DNA of 63,994 nucleotides, counting the filler, from Octopus bimaculoides (lineage: Eukaryota), in NCBI RefSeq assembly GCF_001194135.2. It is 5 parts of 5 records of this genome, joined end to end, with 100 filler letters (N's around TTAATTAATTAA, not from the genome) between each part and the next. Parts side by side here need not be neighbours in the genome. Positions count along the whole stretch, not along the records: positions 36,784 to 54,421 come from NC_068983.1; positions 54,522 to 62,577 come from NW_026299408.1; positions 62,678 to 63,994 come from NC_068982.1; 2 more parts are not named here. One strand, given 5' to 3'. The position numbers were made by a program, and so were the translations under genes. The notes under the pieces are model-generated. The model was not told the origin of the DNA. It saw only the letters and a list, made by a program, of their open reading frames with translations, and searched no databases. Shown piece after piece: positions 51,036 to 63,994 of this stretch. The stretch's first letter is position 1. Every line of letters begins with the position of its first letter.

Positions 51036-52426
51036 CACTGTTCTGTTTGATAAATATATAACACTCACTCGTGTGTATAAATATGTAAGCATACCAACAA
51101 AGTTATGAACATTTAGTTTATTTACATTAATATCCAAGATTATATAATAATATAAAATATATATTGTTATATACAATGAGTGTAACATTATATATATTAC
51201 ATATAATTACAATAATATATTATTTGTATATTATGTATATATATATATATATAATGATATAGTGTGCGTGTTTGTGTTGAGGGGAGGGGAACCCAAGGAA
51301 TGTGATTGTTTCAACAAGAAAAATGTTGTTTAGGGATAGTGATCTTGAATATTTCATATATATATATAAGATATATGTATGTATAAAATCTTTTCTGCTT
51401 TTAGTTGATGAGAAAATTATTCTGTACCAACAGAAATGAATACATGAGCAGTTTTCTAGAAAAATCTAAAATTTTTTAAATATATTTCAGACTGGAAAAT
51501 ATTTCAACATGCAACTTCCTGTTCAAAATCTAACAATCAGCTTTGAAAATAATCCTAAGAGATAGATAGATATAGTGAGCAGAGATCTGTCTATATGTCT
51601 ATTTATCTATCTATCAATCTATCTATCTGTATATACATACATTTATATAAGCTACTTAGTAGCAAGCTATTTTCCATAAGAGTCATTTTATTATTTCTTC
51701 TCAGATTTCACAGTTGTGTACAGTTTCTTCTTTTGGACATTAACATGCAAATTTTAGACCAAACCCATATTGTTTGGGTGTACACGGAAGTGAATGTTCT
51801 ACAGCCCAAGCATACCACCGGTACCTAAATTTTATAAGGAGTTACCAAACTACATTAGATAAAAGTTTACAAATCTACCATATGGTCTAGTATCACTACC
51901 CAAATGTTTTTTTGTTTGTTTTAATAATAGGAATAATGGTTTCAAATTTTGACCCAAGGCCAGTTAATTTAGGGGTGGAGAAGGGGTTAGTAAATTACAT
52001 CATCCTCAGTGCTCAATTGCTACTTATTTTAACGACCCTGAAAGGACAGAAAAAAAAAATTAAACTTTTGGTGGGATTTGAACTCAGAGTGTAAGGAGCT
52101 GGAAGAAGTACTGTTAAGCATCTTCTCTGATGGGCTAACAATACTGCCAGCTTGCTTCCTTGACAATAATAGTAAAAATAAGGGTCTCAAATTTTGGCAC
52201 AAGGCCAGCAATTTTGGGGGTGGAGGTAAGTTGTGTACTTCGACCCCAGTGCTCAACTGGTACTTATTTCATTGACCTCAAAAGGATGAAAGGCTAAGTT
52301 GACCTTGGCAGAATTTGAACACTGAATGCAAAGATGGACAAAATGTTACTAAGCATTTCATCCAGTGTGGTAATGATTCTTCCAGCTCACCACCTGTATA
52401 ATTAGTTCTTTGGAATTGATAAAGTT

Positions 52427-52477
<51 letters not shown>

Positions 52478-54421
52478 AAAAGTCAGCAAAAGAAAAAAAA
52501 ATGCTCAAAAACTGAGCATAGAGAGAAAGTTTTCAAGAACCCCCATGTCTATAATTTCAACTACAATAATTAAACTAAATAAAGCTAATTAAGAGTAATT
52601 GTACACCAGGGGATAATGGAAAATAGCTATTATCTTTTATGGGGTGCATGGGGTGTCTGAATAGAGCAGACTTCTGACAGGGAACACATGGTGCTCTTTG
52701 GAGTAGTTTGGTAGTTTGTCTGCTTTGGTCCTCACCTGACACGCAGTTTGTCTCCCTATGCAAGTGAAGACTGGACCCAAAAGACTGTTCAGAGGAAACC
52801 ACCAGATAATCATCTTAAATCTAGAATTGTTTTGAGGATGATGATGAAAATGAAGGTATGGCTGATATGAAGAAAAAATTGGGTTCAAATCTGACACAGT
52901 CAATTGGAAGCAAAATTCATTTAATTTTTATTTAATTTAGATTTTAAATTTCAAATTTATAAACAAAAAAAAAAAAACCAACTGAGATGGTGATTTTCAT
53001 AAAAGCGAATTGGCAATTAAAAAAAAATACCCTGAAGGTGTTTTCTTTTACTTTTTATAAAAACTGATATTTCTTTGAACTGGAAAAATGGAAATATGAA
53101 TTTGGTATTTTGAAATTAAATCAAAATTTTTATCAGAAGTTAATTTAATTTGGATTTACAGTTTTTAAATTAATCATTTTTCTCCTTGTAATTTAATTCA
53201 AATCTGTATTGTAATTTCACTTTAAAAAACGATTTTCGATTTGAATTTTTATTTAATTTTTTTCTTTTGGTCATAATTTAAATTCATGAAAATTCTCTCA
53301 ATTTTATAAATTTGAAATTTCAAACAGGAAAATTAAAATACTGAGAATTGTTGGATCAATTTTTTTATCCAAACCACAAAACTGGCCAGCAGCAGAAGCA
53401 CCACCAACACAACTAACGACACCTAGTGTCAAACAAGAGAAATAAATGCACCAGTGCACTATTACTTGTGCATCAGGTGCAAGTGGCAACAATCATAAGC
53501 AAATGAAATTATGGTTTTTCTTGAGTCTATTCCTAATTCTACCACAGATTCTTTTTCACGAATCTACTCCTAATTCTTCCACAAGCACAAGAAGAACTTT
53601 TAAAGGAGAGGATATTTAATTAACACCAAAAAACATCACAAGTCTTGTTTAAATAAACCCCAGAAGGTTAAAAAAATCAAAAGCTGACCTCAGTAGGACT
53701 TGAACCTAGAAACAAAAATTTAAATCCTGGTAAGGCATATATCTAGTCCAGATGCACCACAGTCACTACTTTGGTTTAGCTACTCTCACAAGACAGACTT
53801 TAAAAGTGGGGAAGAACCATTAACAAAATCAATGACTTTCTTCGATATATTATGGGGGCAATATTACAAATGTGTGTGTGTGATTTTAGCAAACGAAATA
53901 TAAGCTAATAGCTGCTATTTCCTACACAGCCTTCATCGTTTGCCCTTACAACCTATCTTAGGCAAAAACTAATGTAACTTAAGACTTATTGATTAAATTA
54001 CAATGTGGGGGTTAGGGATAAGTTTTAGAATCTTGCATTGAGAAACTTTTGTTTTTTTTTTGTGATGGAGAATGGGCAAATGAAAACAGATTAAAAAAAA
54101 AAAGCACAGAAGAGGGCTCCAGGTTTAGCTTTAACCAGAGGATGTGATCCCTATTAGATACTTGTTTCCTATATATTTCTACAGTTTAGTATGTATACAT
54201 ATATAATACAGAGAGAAAGAGGCTGACACATCTGTGGATATATATATATATATATATATATACATGCTTGTTTAAGATGAATGCAAAGAACAGATCATAT
54301 TTTAATATAACTCATTCTTTATAGAAATAGTTGGAGGGCAGATAAAATACATACAAATACACGCACTCTCTCTTTCTCATCTTATATACACACACACACA
54401 CATGCACACTACTTCAAATAT

Positions 54422-54521
54422 NNNNNNNNNNNNNNNNNNNNNNNNNNNNNNNNNNNNNNNNNNNNTTAATTAATTAANNNNNNNNNNNNNNNNNNNNNNN
54501 NNNNNNNNNNNNNNNNNNNNN
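54422..54521. other. Artificial scaffold linker 44N-TTAATTAATTAA-44N
   Basis: Same structure; 12-mer at 54466-54477. Confidence 0.92.
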
Positions 54522-55374
54522 TATATATATATATATATATATTGTTGTACTTGGGGATGGTCATATTGCCAGTTTAGCCAATATATATATATATATATAT
54601 AGATATATATCTATCAATCTATATCTATCTAGCTATCTATCTATAGATTGATAAATAGACAGATAGATATGTATCTAAATCAATTAGACATTAAAATCAT
54701 AATCAAGCTTAATATTTTGAAATTAAGACATGTGCACGCACGAGTCATTATCGTTATTATAATCATCATTATCGTTTCATGCTTGCCATCATGTCATCAG
54801 CATAGACGGGTCTTAGCGACTCGAATCATTTCTTGTGTGTTACTGCTCGTCCCTTACACATGGGGAGTCAGAGTTGTCACCTACCACTTTAAAGAGTTTA
54901 ATGGGTCCATTTTATCGTGATACCAAGCACGAAAAGCTGTCATGTTTCTGACAATACCACGCAAAACGATTCTTTTGACCGTACAATTACACCACGCGTT
55001 CATTAGTTACTCTGCTCAATTTACTTCCTGCATTTAACTGTAGCACCAGCACCTATGGGTTGTAGCAACCTGGAAAAGGCCTCACGAAAGAGCTTTTCGA
55101 TGCTTGCCTTTTCTGCTGTACATTTGTGTAGATTTGAGTACATTTTTATCATCGATTCAGCGTAAGAGTGATTGACTGTTGACTGTAAGAGTGAAGAGCC
55201 TCGCTACTAAGACGTGTACATCCTTCAAGACAACGTGACTAGGGAAATATATTAGAGGAAGGGACTTTGCAGGCAAAAGAACTAGAAAGGATGGGCAAAG
55301 GGAAAAGAATATGATGGTGTATTAACGAGTATTTGCAGTGTGATTGGGTGGGGAGATTAATGGGTAGTAATAGT

Positions 55375-55800
55375 TTAAGACCTTGGTACAAGGTCAGCAA
55401 ATTTAAGGAGAGAGGGTAAGTCGATTACATCGATCCGTTGGATCAACTGGTACTTTATTTTATTGACCTTGAAAGAAAAGGATAAGTGGACTACGGTGGA
55501 ATTTGAACTCAGAATATAACGCTGGAAGAAATGCCGCGAAACATTTCGTCCAGTGTGCTAATGATCTTATTTCTTTATTGCCCACAAGGGGCTAAACATA
55601 GAGGGGACAAACAAAGACAGACAAAGGGATTAAGTCGATTACATCGACTCCAGTGCATAACTGGTACTTATTTAATCGACCCCGAAAGGATGAAAGGCTA
55701 AGTCGACCTCGGCGGAATTTGAACTCAGAACGTAGCGGCAGACGAAATACCGTTAAGCATTTCGCCCGGCGTGCTAATGATTCTGCCAGCTTTGGGCCTT
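55375..55800 (-). mobile_element. Second tandem dimer of family-A SINEs
   Basis: Older copy 55375-55563 joined to a young, consensus-like copy 55564-55800. Confidence 0.8.
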
Positions 55801-56174
55801 CTATGGGTAATAATAGAGGTGGATAATGGGGAAGGATTATGTATAAAAAGCAATATCATGTATTCTGGATGAGAGTGAGTGATGATTGGCAGTACAGGAA
55901 AGTTGTGGTAGAGAATAGTAAGTACAGAAAGATTTGATGCAATTCATTACACATAGGGCCTCGTGATGGAGAAAGAGATGGGGAGTGATAAGGATGGTCG
56001 GTGGGATTTGAATATAGGAAGTTCCTCCACCATCCGTCGTTATACGAGTGATGAAATCCTGAGTGATAGAAAAATGAGTGATGGAGTGGTAAATGAAAGG
56101 GAGATGAGATACAGAGTGATAAGTGACAAGTAATTATGTAATAGGAAGGAGATGAAGAGAGAACTGTAGACAGC

Positions 56175-56212
<38 letters not shown>

Positions 56213-56904
56213 TGCACAGAAAGGTGACTGTGTTTGTGTCTGTACATCTATGTATATACGTGTGCGCATGCTTGTGTGTATGTATATATGTATGTAATTA
56301 TGTGCGCATATTTATGTGTGTACATACGTGTTTACACTGGGTCTAAAATCAGTTTACGTTACATTCCTTTATCCATCGTAAATTAGACGTTCGATAATTA
56401 GAGAGCGATGAACTTATTAAAACCTAAAATAGATGCTGGGGACTACGCTATTCATTGAAAACCACTTGAGAGCATTAACCACACCATGGCCAAAGTCCAA
56501 TGAATACAATCACAGAAAGACTAAAAATACGCAGCTCAATCAATAAAACCTTCCCTGTGTCGATATTGTTCTTTGTTTTGTTTTTTTACATAAGAACATA
56601 AACATTTGCATGTGTGTGTCTGTATGATCATGTGTATGTGTTATGGGTTTGTACTATATATGACATTTATATATGTATTTCTTAACCACAAAAGACTGAG
56701 GCTCAAAGTCGAGCTGCTAAGCTCTTTTGTTTGTTTTTTTTTTCAACTTGTTGCTGAAACAACTTTTCTTGGTTTCATTTACATTTTTCGTTTCTTATGA
56801 TTATTATTTTTTTGTTGTTGAGTTGTTAACTGCGATATGCGGCTAGTTTTCATTATTGAGTTATCAAGATATTTAGTAAACGTTAAAAATATATTTACTA
56901 TCTT

Positions 56905-57517
56905 TTGTATATTTCACTTGTTTCAGTCAATAAGCTGCGGCCATGCTGGGGTATCACCTTGAAAGGTTCAGTCGAAAAAACAAACCGAGCCCAGTACATC
57001 TTTTNNNNNNNNNNNNNNNNNNNNNNNNNNNNNNNNNNNNNNNNNNNNNNNNNNNNNNNNNNNNNNNNNNNNNNNNNNNNNNNNNNNNNNNNNNNNNNNN
57101 NNNNNNNNNNNNNNNNNNNNNNNNNNNNNNNNNNNNNNNNNNNNNNNNNNNNNNNNNNNNNNNNNNNNNNNNNNNNNNNNNNNNNNNNNNNNNNNNNNNN
57201 NNNNNNNNNNNNNNNNNNNNNNNNNNNNNNNNNNNNNNNNNNNNNNNNNNNNNNNNNNNNNNNNNNNNNNNNNNNNNNNNNNNNNNNNNNNNNNNNNNNN
57301 NNNNNNNNNNNNNNNNNNNNNNNNNNNNNNNNNNNNNNNNNNNNNNNNNNNNNNNNNNNNNNNNNNNNNNNNNNNNNNNNNNNNNNNNNNNNNNNNNNNN
57401 NNNNNNNNNNNNNNNNNNNNNNNNNNNNNNNNNNNNNNNNNNNNNNNNNNNNNNNNNNNNNNNNNNNNNNNNNNNNNNNNNNNNNNNNNNNNNNNNNNNN
57501 NNNNNNNNNNNNNNNNN

Positions 57518-57587
<70 letters not shown>

Positions 57588-57710
57588 CTTGCTTCTTTCA
57601 GTTACCATCTACCAAATCCATTCACAAGGATTTTGATCGGTCCGGAGCTATAGTAGCACAAAGTGTCACGCAGTGGGACTTCTGAACCACGGAGTCAGCC
57701 ACGCCTGATG
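56905..57710 (-). mobile_element. Family-B SINE spanning a gap at its internal microsatellite
   Basis: Tail at 56905-57004; (GT)n and head at 57518-57710, same orientation. Confidence 0.65.
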
Positions 57711-58389
57711 TCTCCAAAATTGAGAGGATCAGGAAATTACAGTTAAAAATTCATCAAAGTGCGAACGGCCTAAATAGCAACTATTTCGGTAACTTTTTCT
57801 TTTCCCGTGATATATATAAAATTCCTTGCCAGGTTCTAGGGCTGATAAAATTTACTCTTCCCTTCCCCCACAAACTTCGGCTTTCTATCATCCCTATCTT
57901 TTTAATACCCAAACTATGAATGTGTGTATGTGTGTATATGTATGAGTAATATATAAGTGTATATATATGTGTGAGTATATCAATGTATACACACACTACA
58001 CATACGTGTGTGTGTATACATATAGTTTATTTTATGACGTACGTAGCACTTTTATTACGACGTAAGTGAAAGATTACGCAAGTTTTTCTGTGATGCTTCA
58101 TATATCGATAATACATCCGGCACCGGATTTTTTTTATTTTTATATATTTCAAAGACATGGATTTTTATGAGGCAATCCTACTGCAGCCTTTTCAAATTTT
58201 TTATCATTAAAGCTAGGCTTGCTTAATGTTCTGCCTTTTTTTTAATTATTCTTTTAAATATATTATTACATTAAATACAGTTTACGACAGATATCTATTC
58301 AACTATTCCATAATTATACATATTAACAGTTTAATTGTTATGACTCTTAATATCAGTCTGAATATGAAGAATTTTTAGGATTAAGTTTT

Positions 58390-59770
58390 TCTTATGTATT
58401 ACTATTTAATGGAATGGACAAAGACATATCGCGAACTGAATATTAACTTAATCAAGCACAAATTTTAAAAAAAGTATTTAGCGAGACGAAAACAGTTAAG
58501 TGGTTCTAACCGTAATATATCATCTGTGCAAGAACTACATAGGTAAAATACTTTGTTTGGGTTTTTGGGAGGGTTTTTGAATGAAGGTGTTAGCAGAATT
58601 AAAGAAGCCCCATACATTTTGCGAAAATCTTGCAAAACTAGCGGCCATTTATTTATATGTGAGATGATGATGCAATAATTTACAGTACACTCCGTTGTTA
58701 AGTGGTAAGGACCATAGTAGTTGTAGTGATAACTGATTATCCCACTCCTGCCAAGTAAAAAAACGGAGTATTCAGCTAGATGTGTCATCTGATGGAAAAA
58801 TTACCCAACACATGGTTTATACGTGAGATACCTCGACAGAAAGGGACAAGAAAGAGGACATTTTCTGCAAATTATTTTCAGTTTCAACAACAGGAAATGA
58901 TATTTTTTCTAATGGTAGATTCCTTTTCAGCATTCAAGAGGGATTGAGTGGGATTGATTGAGCCTTTCGCTGTAGACACTAACGTATTTGGAGTTCCTCA
59001 AGAGTTTGGGGTAAACAAAAATTAAAGTAAATAGGTCTTCGTCTTAAAGCTTTCTTCCCCCTTCCCCCTACCCTACCCCACCCCTTTAAACTGGACAGAA
59101 TCATACATCTAATGTGACTGGAATTGAATTTGCTAATGACTGACATCGGCAAAGTTGCAAAATTTAAACTCAATATCTCTGAACAACAGAAAATTCAGTG
59201 AAATTTTTTTTGTTTACTATGTCATTACTCCAAGATCAGATTGTTATCACGCGGCAAAGTTCTACAGCAATTTTATGTCGCTAAGTTGTAAAACAAAATT
59301 TTTGAAATGAAAATAGAACTAATAATCATGCTTTAGCGGATACTTGAATTTATTTGCCTTATCGTTTGTTTTTTATCAATTATTTTTAGTTTATTTTTTG
59401 AGTGTGTGGTGGTGATGGTGGTGGGTCTGCATTGAATGACTTAAATGGCTACAAGGCCTATAATCAGACAATTATTGATTAAATGGAGAAAATAAATGAG
59501 AGTACAGAAAAGTGCAATTTTTTTAGCACCAACTAAGAAAATTGGTAACAAAATTCAATCCACTACGTTCCAACAGAAGAGGCTAATAAATACAACTGCA
59601 TAGCGAATTCCATCTATTCAGTAACTGACATTAACAATTTGCCTGAGGAATTTGACAACATTATTAAATATCGAGAAGAGTTTATTGAAGTTCAAAATGA
59701 TGTGACACCGATAATTTCAGTAGAAATGTCGAATCCAATCAGCTCATTCAAATTCAGTGTTAGTGAAAAA
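58390..59770 (+). mobile_element. Degenerate hAT (Buster/Charlie/ZBED5-like) transposase
   Basis: Collinear motifs: KKPHTFCENLAKLAA (58602), SIQLDVSSD (58767; cf. SIQLDESTD), EDIFCKLFSVSTTGNDIF, RLLSRGKVLQQFY (59238; cf. RWLSRGKVL), LNDLN..QG. Many stops and frameshifts. Confidence 0.8.
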
Positions 59771-60617
59771 ATAAAGTTGTTTTTTTTTTCTTTTTAATGG
59801 ATTAAGTCTACAAAGGTGCTTTTTTTCAATTGCCAAAACAATATCTCTCTGAACCACTATTTCCAAACAATAACAAATATTGGTTTCAAATTTTGCACAA
59901 GGCCAGCAAGTTCGAGGTAGGGAGTAAGTCGATTACATCACTCCCAGTGATCAATTGATACACATTTTATTGACCCCCGAAAAGATGATAGGTAAAGTCG
60001 ACCTCGGTGGAATTTGAACTCAGAAAGTAAAGATGAACGACATGTCTCTAAGCATTTTGTCCGGCGCAGTAATGTTTCTACCAGCTCGCCTTCTTTTTTA
60101 TTTTCTTTCTTTCTTTTAAGTAGCCAGCAAGCCACTACAGAGAATCGAACTTTGTACCTCAAATTCCGGCTGAGTGTTCTGCACCATTAAGCCAAGATGA
60201 CCCCTGACAGCAATAACAAATATTAAAGAAAACTACATGCCCAAGACACCGATTGTAAACGGAAATGCAATTCACTGCGGTGAAACTTAAGACTGGAAGC
60301 AATTTCTAATTTGTATAATCAAGGTCCTAAGAATCTTATATAATAAAGGTTGCATCTTAACATACAAATACATATATATAAACACATAAGTTTGTATAAA
60401 CATGCATATGCATAATGTATAGCGTGAGATTGGTAGCCCTGTTCAATAGCCATCTTCACCGGCCACTTTCTTTTAAGCTTAATAAAACATATTCGTCAAC
60501 AACACAAACACGGATAGAAAGTAGAAGCCCAATTCGGTCCGTACATCGGACGGACACGACACCCTCCACGCTATGCCACTGTGGACGATAGTAGACGATA
60601 TAAGATATGTTTTTGTA

Positions 60618-60688
<71 letters not shown>

Positions 60689-61325
60689 CTACACATAAAC
60701 GTACAGAGGACCTTGTATATTATTACATGCAGAAACACAGGATATTTATTTGATTATTTTTTTACAAGTTTCAGTTGTTTTAACTGCGACTATGTTGAGA
60801 GAGCCAAATATATATTTTTTTCTGTTCACAACTATGTCGAACGCACGGCTAAGTTACGGGCGTAAGGATAAATAAAGAATAAATACATATTCACATACAC
60901 ACAAATAATGAGTCACATTCGTACATTCTGCCCGTCCAATTTTACACAGTGTTTGTATCGAACTGAAGATTTGATACATAAAAAAAAGCCCACTTGTCCA
61001 ACATGCCAAATTGTGGTATTGAAAGCAACATTGTGACAAACATCTTAATCAATATCAAGCTTGCACGCATTACATATTAGAGGTGCGCACACACAAACAC
61101 ACAGGTTTATATACTTATTCGCAGCTATCACCATACAAATTCCACTTATGAGTTTACTCAATCAGGAGTTGCAATTGGAAAGACACGTAGGTAGCAAAGA
61201 ATTGAATCGCAATCACGAACACGTGGTACACCAACGATTATAAATGTGTGTGTATGTGTATGTATTCACATATATATCTATACAAACACGCACACATACA
61301 AAATACGAACATGTGCATAGACAAT

Positions 61326-61372
<47 letters not shown>

Positions 61373-62546
61373 ATGTATATATATATATATATATATATAN
61401 NNNNNNNNNNNNNNNNNNNNNNNNNNNNNNNNNNNNNNNNNNNNNNNNNNNNNNNNNNNNNNNNNNNNNNNNNNNNNNNNNNNNNNNNNNNNNNNNNNNN
61501 NNNNNNNNNNNNNNNNNNNNNNNNNNNNNNNNNNNNNNNNNNNNNNNNNNNNNNNNNNNNNNNNNNNNNNNNNNNNNNNNNNNNNNNNNNNNNNNNNNNN
61601 NNNNNNNNNNNNNNNNNNNNNNNNNNNNNNNNNNNNNNNNNNNNNNNNNNNNNNNNNNNNNNNNNNNNNNNNNNNNNNNNNNNNNNNNNNNNNNNNNNNN
61701 NNNNNNNNNNNNNNNNNNNNNNNNNNNNNNNNNNNNNNNNNNNNNNNNNNNNNNNNNNNNNNNNNNNNNNNNNNNNNNNNNNNNNNNNNNNNNNNNNNNN
61801 NNNNNNNNNNNNNNNNNNNNNNNNNNNNNNNNNNNNNNNNNNNNNNNNNNNNNNNNNNNNNNNNNNNNNNNNNNNNNNNNNNNNNNNNNNNNNNNNNNNN
61901 NNNNNNNNNNNNNNNNNNNNNNNNNNNNNNNNNNNNNNNNNNNNNNNNNNNNNNNNNNNNNNNNNNNNNNNNNNNNNNNNNNNNNNNNNNNNNNNNNNNN
62001 NNNNNNNNNNNNNNNNNNNNNNNNNNNNNNNNNNNNNNNNNNNNNNNNNNNNNNNNNNNNNNNNNNNNNNNNNNNNNNNNNNNNNNNNNNNNNNNNNNNN
62101 NNNNNNNNNNNNNNNNNNNNNNNNNATATATATATATATATATATACATATATACATATGTATGTATGTATATTGTCTGTGATTGTTTTCTTGGGAATAT
62201 TACTATTCTCTCGTGAATTTTGATATAAAATTGATATACATAGACTATACTGTTATAAATATACAAATATATGTGTATGCATGTAAAACACACAAGTATG
62301 CACTTTCATTTCCTTGTGTATATGCATGCATATATATATGCACATAAAAGTAGTGTATGTATATGTATTCATATAAATGTACGTGTGTGTGTGTATGTGT
62401 TTACTAAAAGATACACATCTCATCGGATCTGAAGATGTGCATATATATATGCGCTCAAAATTATACCTTATATAAAGATGTATGTATATATGTGGATGTA
62501 TATATATATACACATATAATTAAATATATCTATAAACGTTTCTACG

Positions 62547-62577
<31 letters not shown>

Positions 62578-62677
62578 NNNNNNNNNNNNNNNNNNNNNNN
62601 NNNNNNNNNNNNNNNNNNNNNTTAATTAATTAANNNNNNNNNNNNNNNNNNNNNNNNNNNNNNNNNNNNNNNNNNNN
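62578..62677. other. Artificial scaffold linker 44N-TTAATTAATTAA-44N
   Basis: Same structure; 12-mer at 62622-62633. Confidence 0.92.
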
Positions 62678-62806
62678 GTATGAGGTCAAATTCAACTCTT
62701 ATTTCAAGTTAAATAAATTACCTTATACATCCTCAGGGTAAAAGTATTATAGATTATAGACTGCTTGTTTTATCTTACCAATACATTTGGTAGATATCAT
62801 TATATG

Positions 62807-62856
<50 letters not shown>

Positions 62857-63344
62857 TGTATGCATGTATACAGATGATTTTCTTGATATTTATCATGAAC
62901 ATGCAGTTAGAAAACCGCCACGTTTCTGAGATATCCCGTTGTTGTTAAGCACAAAATTTCAGTTCATTACAAAAGTACTTGCAATCGAATATATTTATTT
63001 GTAACCCGTGCTACGATAGAAACGTATTGACATTATTCATCTTTCTTTATTGTTTTCTATTTTAACTGTAATTTGTTTTTTTATGATTCATACTTGATGG
63101 TTCTTTTCAAACGCAGACCAATTGTAGCCAGCTATAAATTATATTAATTTGTTCTATAAAATAATTCATTTTGTAATTTGAATGAAACCTGCTGGTCTAA
63201 TACCCTTTAATCTCTTACATCATTATATAGGTTATATCCTGCAACTATCATTCTATGAAATAATGTGCATGAAGAAATTTTCACGTAAGGAAAGAGCGAA
63301 CTCTGCTTCTGTCATTTGTAAAAAAAAAAAAGACTTTTAAAATC

Positions 63345-63525
63345 AATGTAAAACCCTATATACTGCATTACCTTCCCAAACTGCAAAGATAATTACATTG
63401 ACGAAACAAATAATTCCATCTGCCAACGCACAAGAATCCACAGCCAACATATCGAACAAGAAGAATTACGCAAGATTTTATTAAAGTAAGCATCTGGAAA
63501 TAGGCAGCGCAGGAAAATTCAAAAA
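63345..63525 (+). mobile_element. Penelope-like GIY-YIG fragment, same family as 34632-34890
   Basis: YCITFPNCKDNYIDETNNSICQRTRIHSQHIEQEELRKILL aligns residue for residue with the 34.7-kb copy. Confidence 0.75.
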
Positions 63526-63994
63526 TATAAAAAAGAAGAAGGAGGAGAAGAAAGAAAAGAAAAAATACTTTCAGTGGTGACCATACCACACCCATTTTTG
63601 TTTTTCGTGAAGAGACCACCATCGTTAATCCCATTTCAATGCAATAAATGAATGGTGAGTAGGAAGGGGGCTCCCCATCCCCTCTTCTCTTTCCCCTCTC
63701 TCTACCTTTCTATCTATCTATCTATCTATCTAACTATCTATCTAGGCTTGGCCGAACACAGGTCACGTGGGGAAAAAAGAGAGAGGTAGAGGCAGGGGGA
63801 TAGATGAATTAAGGAGGGGCAAGAAAACAATGAAAGGGACAGAGTGAGGTGAAGAGGAGGGAAGGTGAGCATGAAAAGAAGGCCAGGAAATCTGAGAGAG
63901 TGGGAACGAAATAACGAAGAGTGAAATGAACGAAGTAAGTGTGAAGGGGCTGATAGAAAAACGGAGAGAATGAAAGAATAGAAAGAATTATATA

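Noticed and set aside
60520-60610. FGPYIG motif reminiscent of PR/SET domains (KVEAQFGPYIGRTRHPP)
   Set aside because: Short match, no supporting acceptor or further PR-domain motifs.
1-63994. CRISPR arrays, rRNA genes, operons or prokaryotic systems
   Set aside because: No repeat-spacer arrays, rRNA or dense coding sequence; the window is intron- and repeat-rich animal DNA.

Overview
Repeat-dominated eukaryotic (animal) genomic DNA from a draft scaffold with many N gaps. It is AT-rich and full of (AT)n, (CA)n, (GA)n, (AGT)n and (ATCT)n microsatellites and tRNA-derived SINEs. The SINE sequences and microsatellite load resemble a coleoid cephalopod such as Octopus; this is inference, not a database match. 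The only host gene I can recognise is the first coding exon of mitochondrial ribosomal protein S34 (MRPS34; minus strand, 38739-38924, canonical GTAAGT donor). Its downstream exons were not found and may lie in gaps. Almost all long ORFs in the supplied track are microsatellite or N-gap artefacts. The rest is a transposon graveyard: at least four SINE-like families, two R4/Dong-like RLE retrotransposon fragments, RTE and CR1 3' ends, Penelope GIY-YIG fragments, a near-complete degenerate mariner, a maT-like fragment, a degenerate hAT transposase, and hAT- and piggyBac-type MITEs with intact TSDs. Most interesting observations: (1) a young 177-bp palindromic MITE (47-bp perfect TIRs, 8-bp TSD, GGTAA termini) with a core of head-to-head telomere-like repeats, next to two more hairpins; (2) a candidate minimal hammerhead ribozyme in a Penelope-type repeat; (3) a CpG-decay block at about 45.7-54.4 kb suggesting a methylated, unannotated gene body; (4) a SINE-SINE junction recurring at the same position twice; (5) four artificial 44N-TTAATTAATTAA-44N linkers, so long-range adjacency in this window is not guaranteed.
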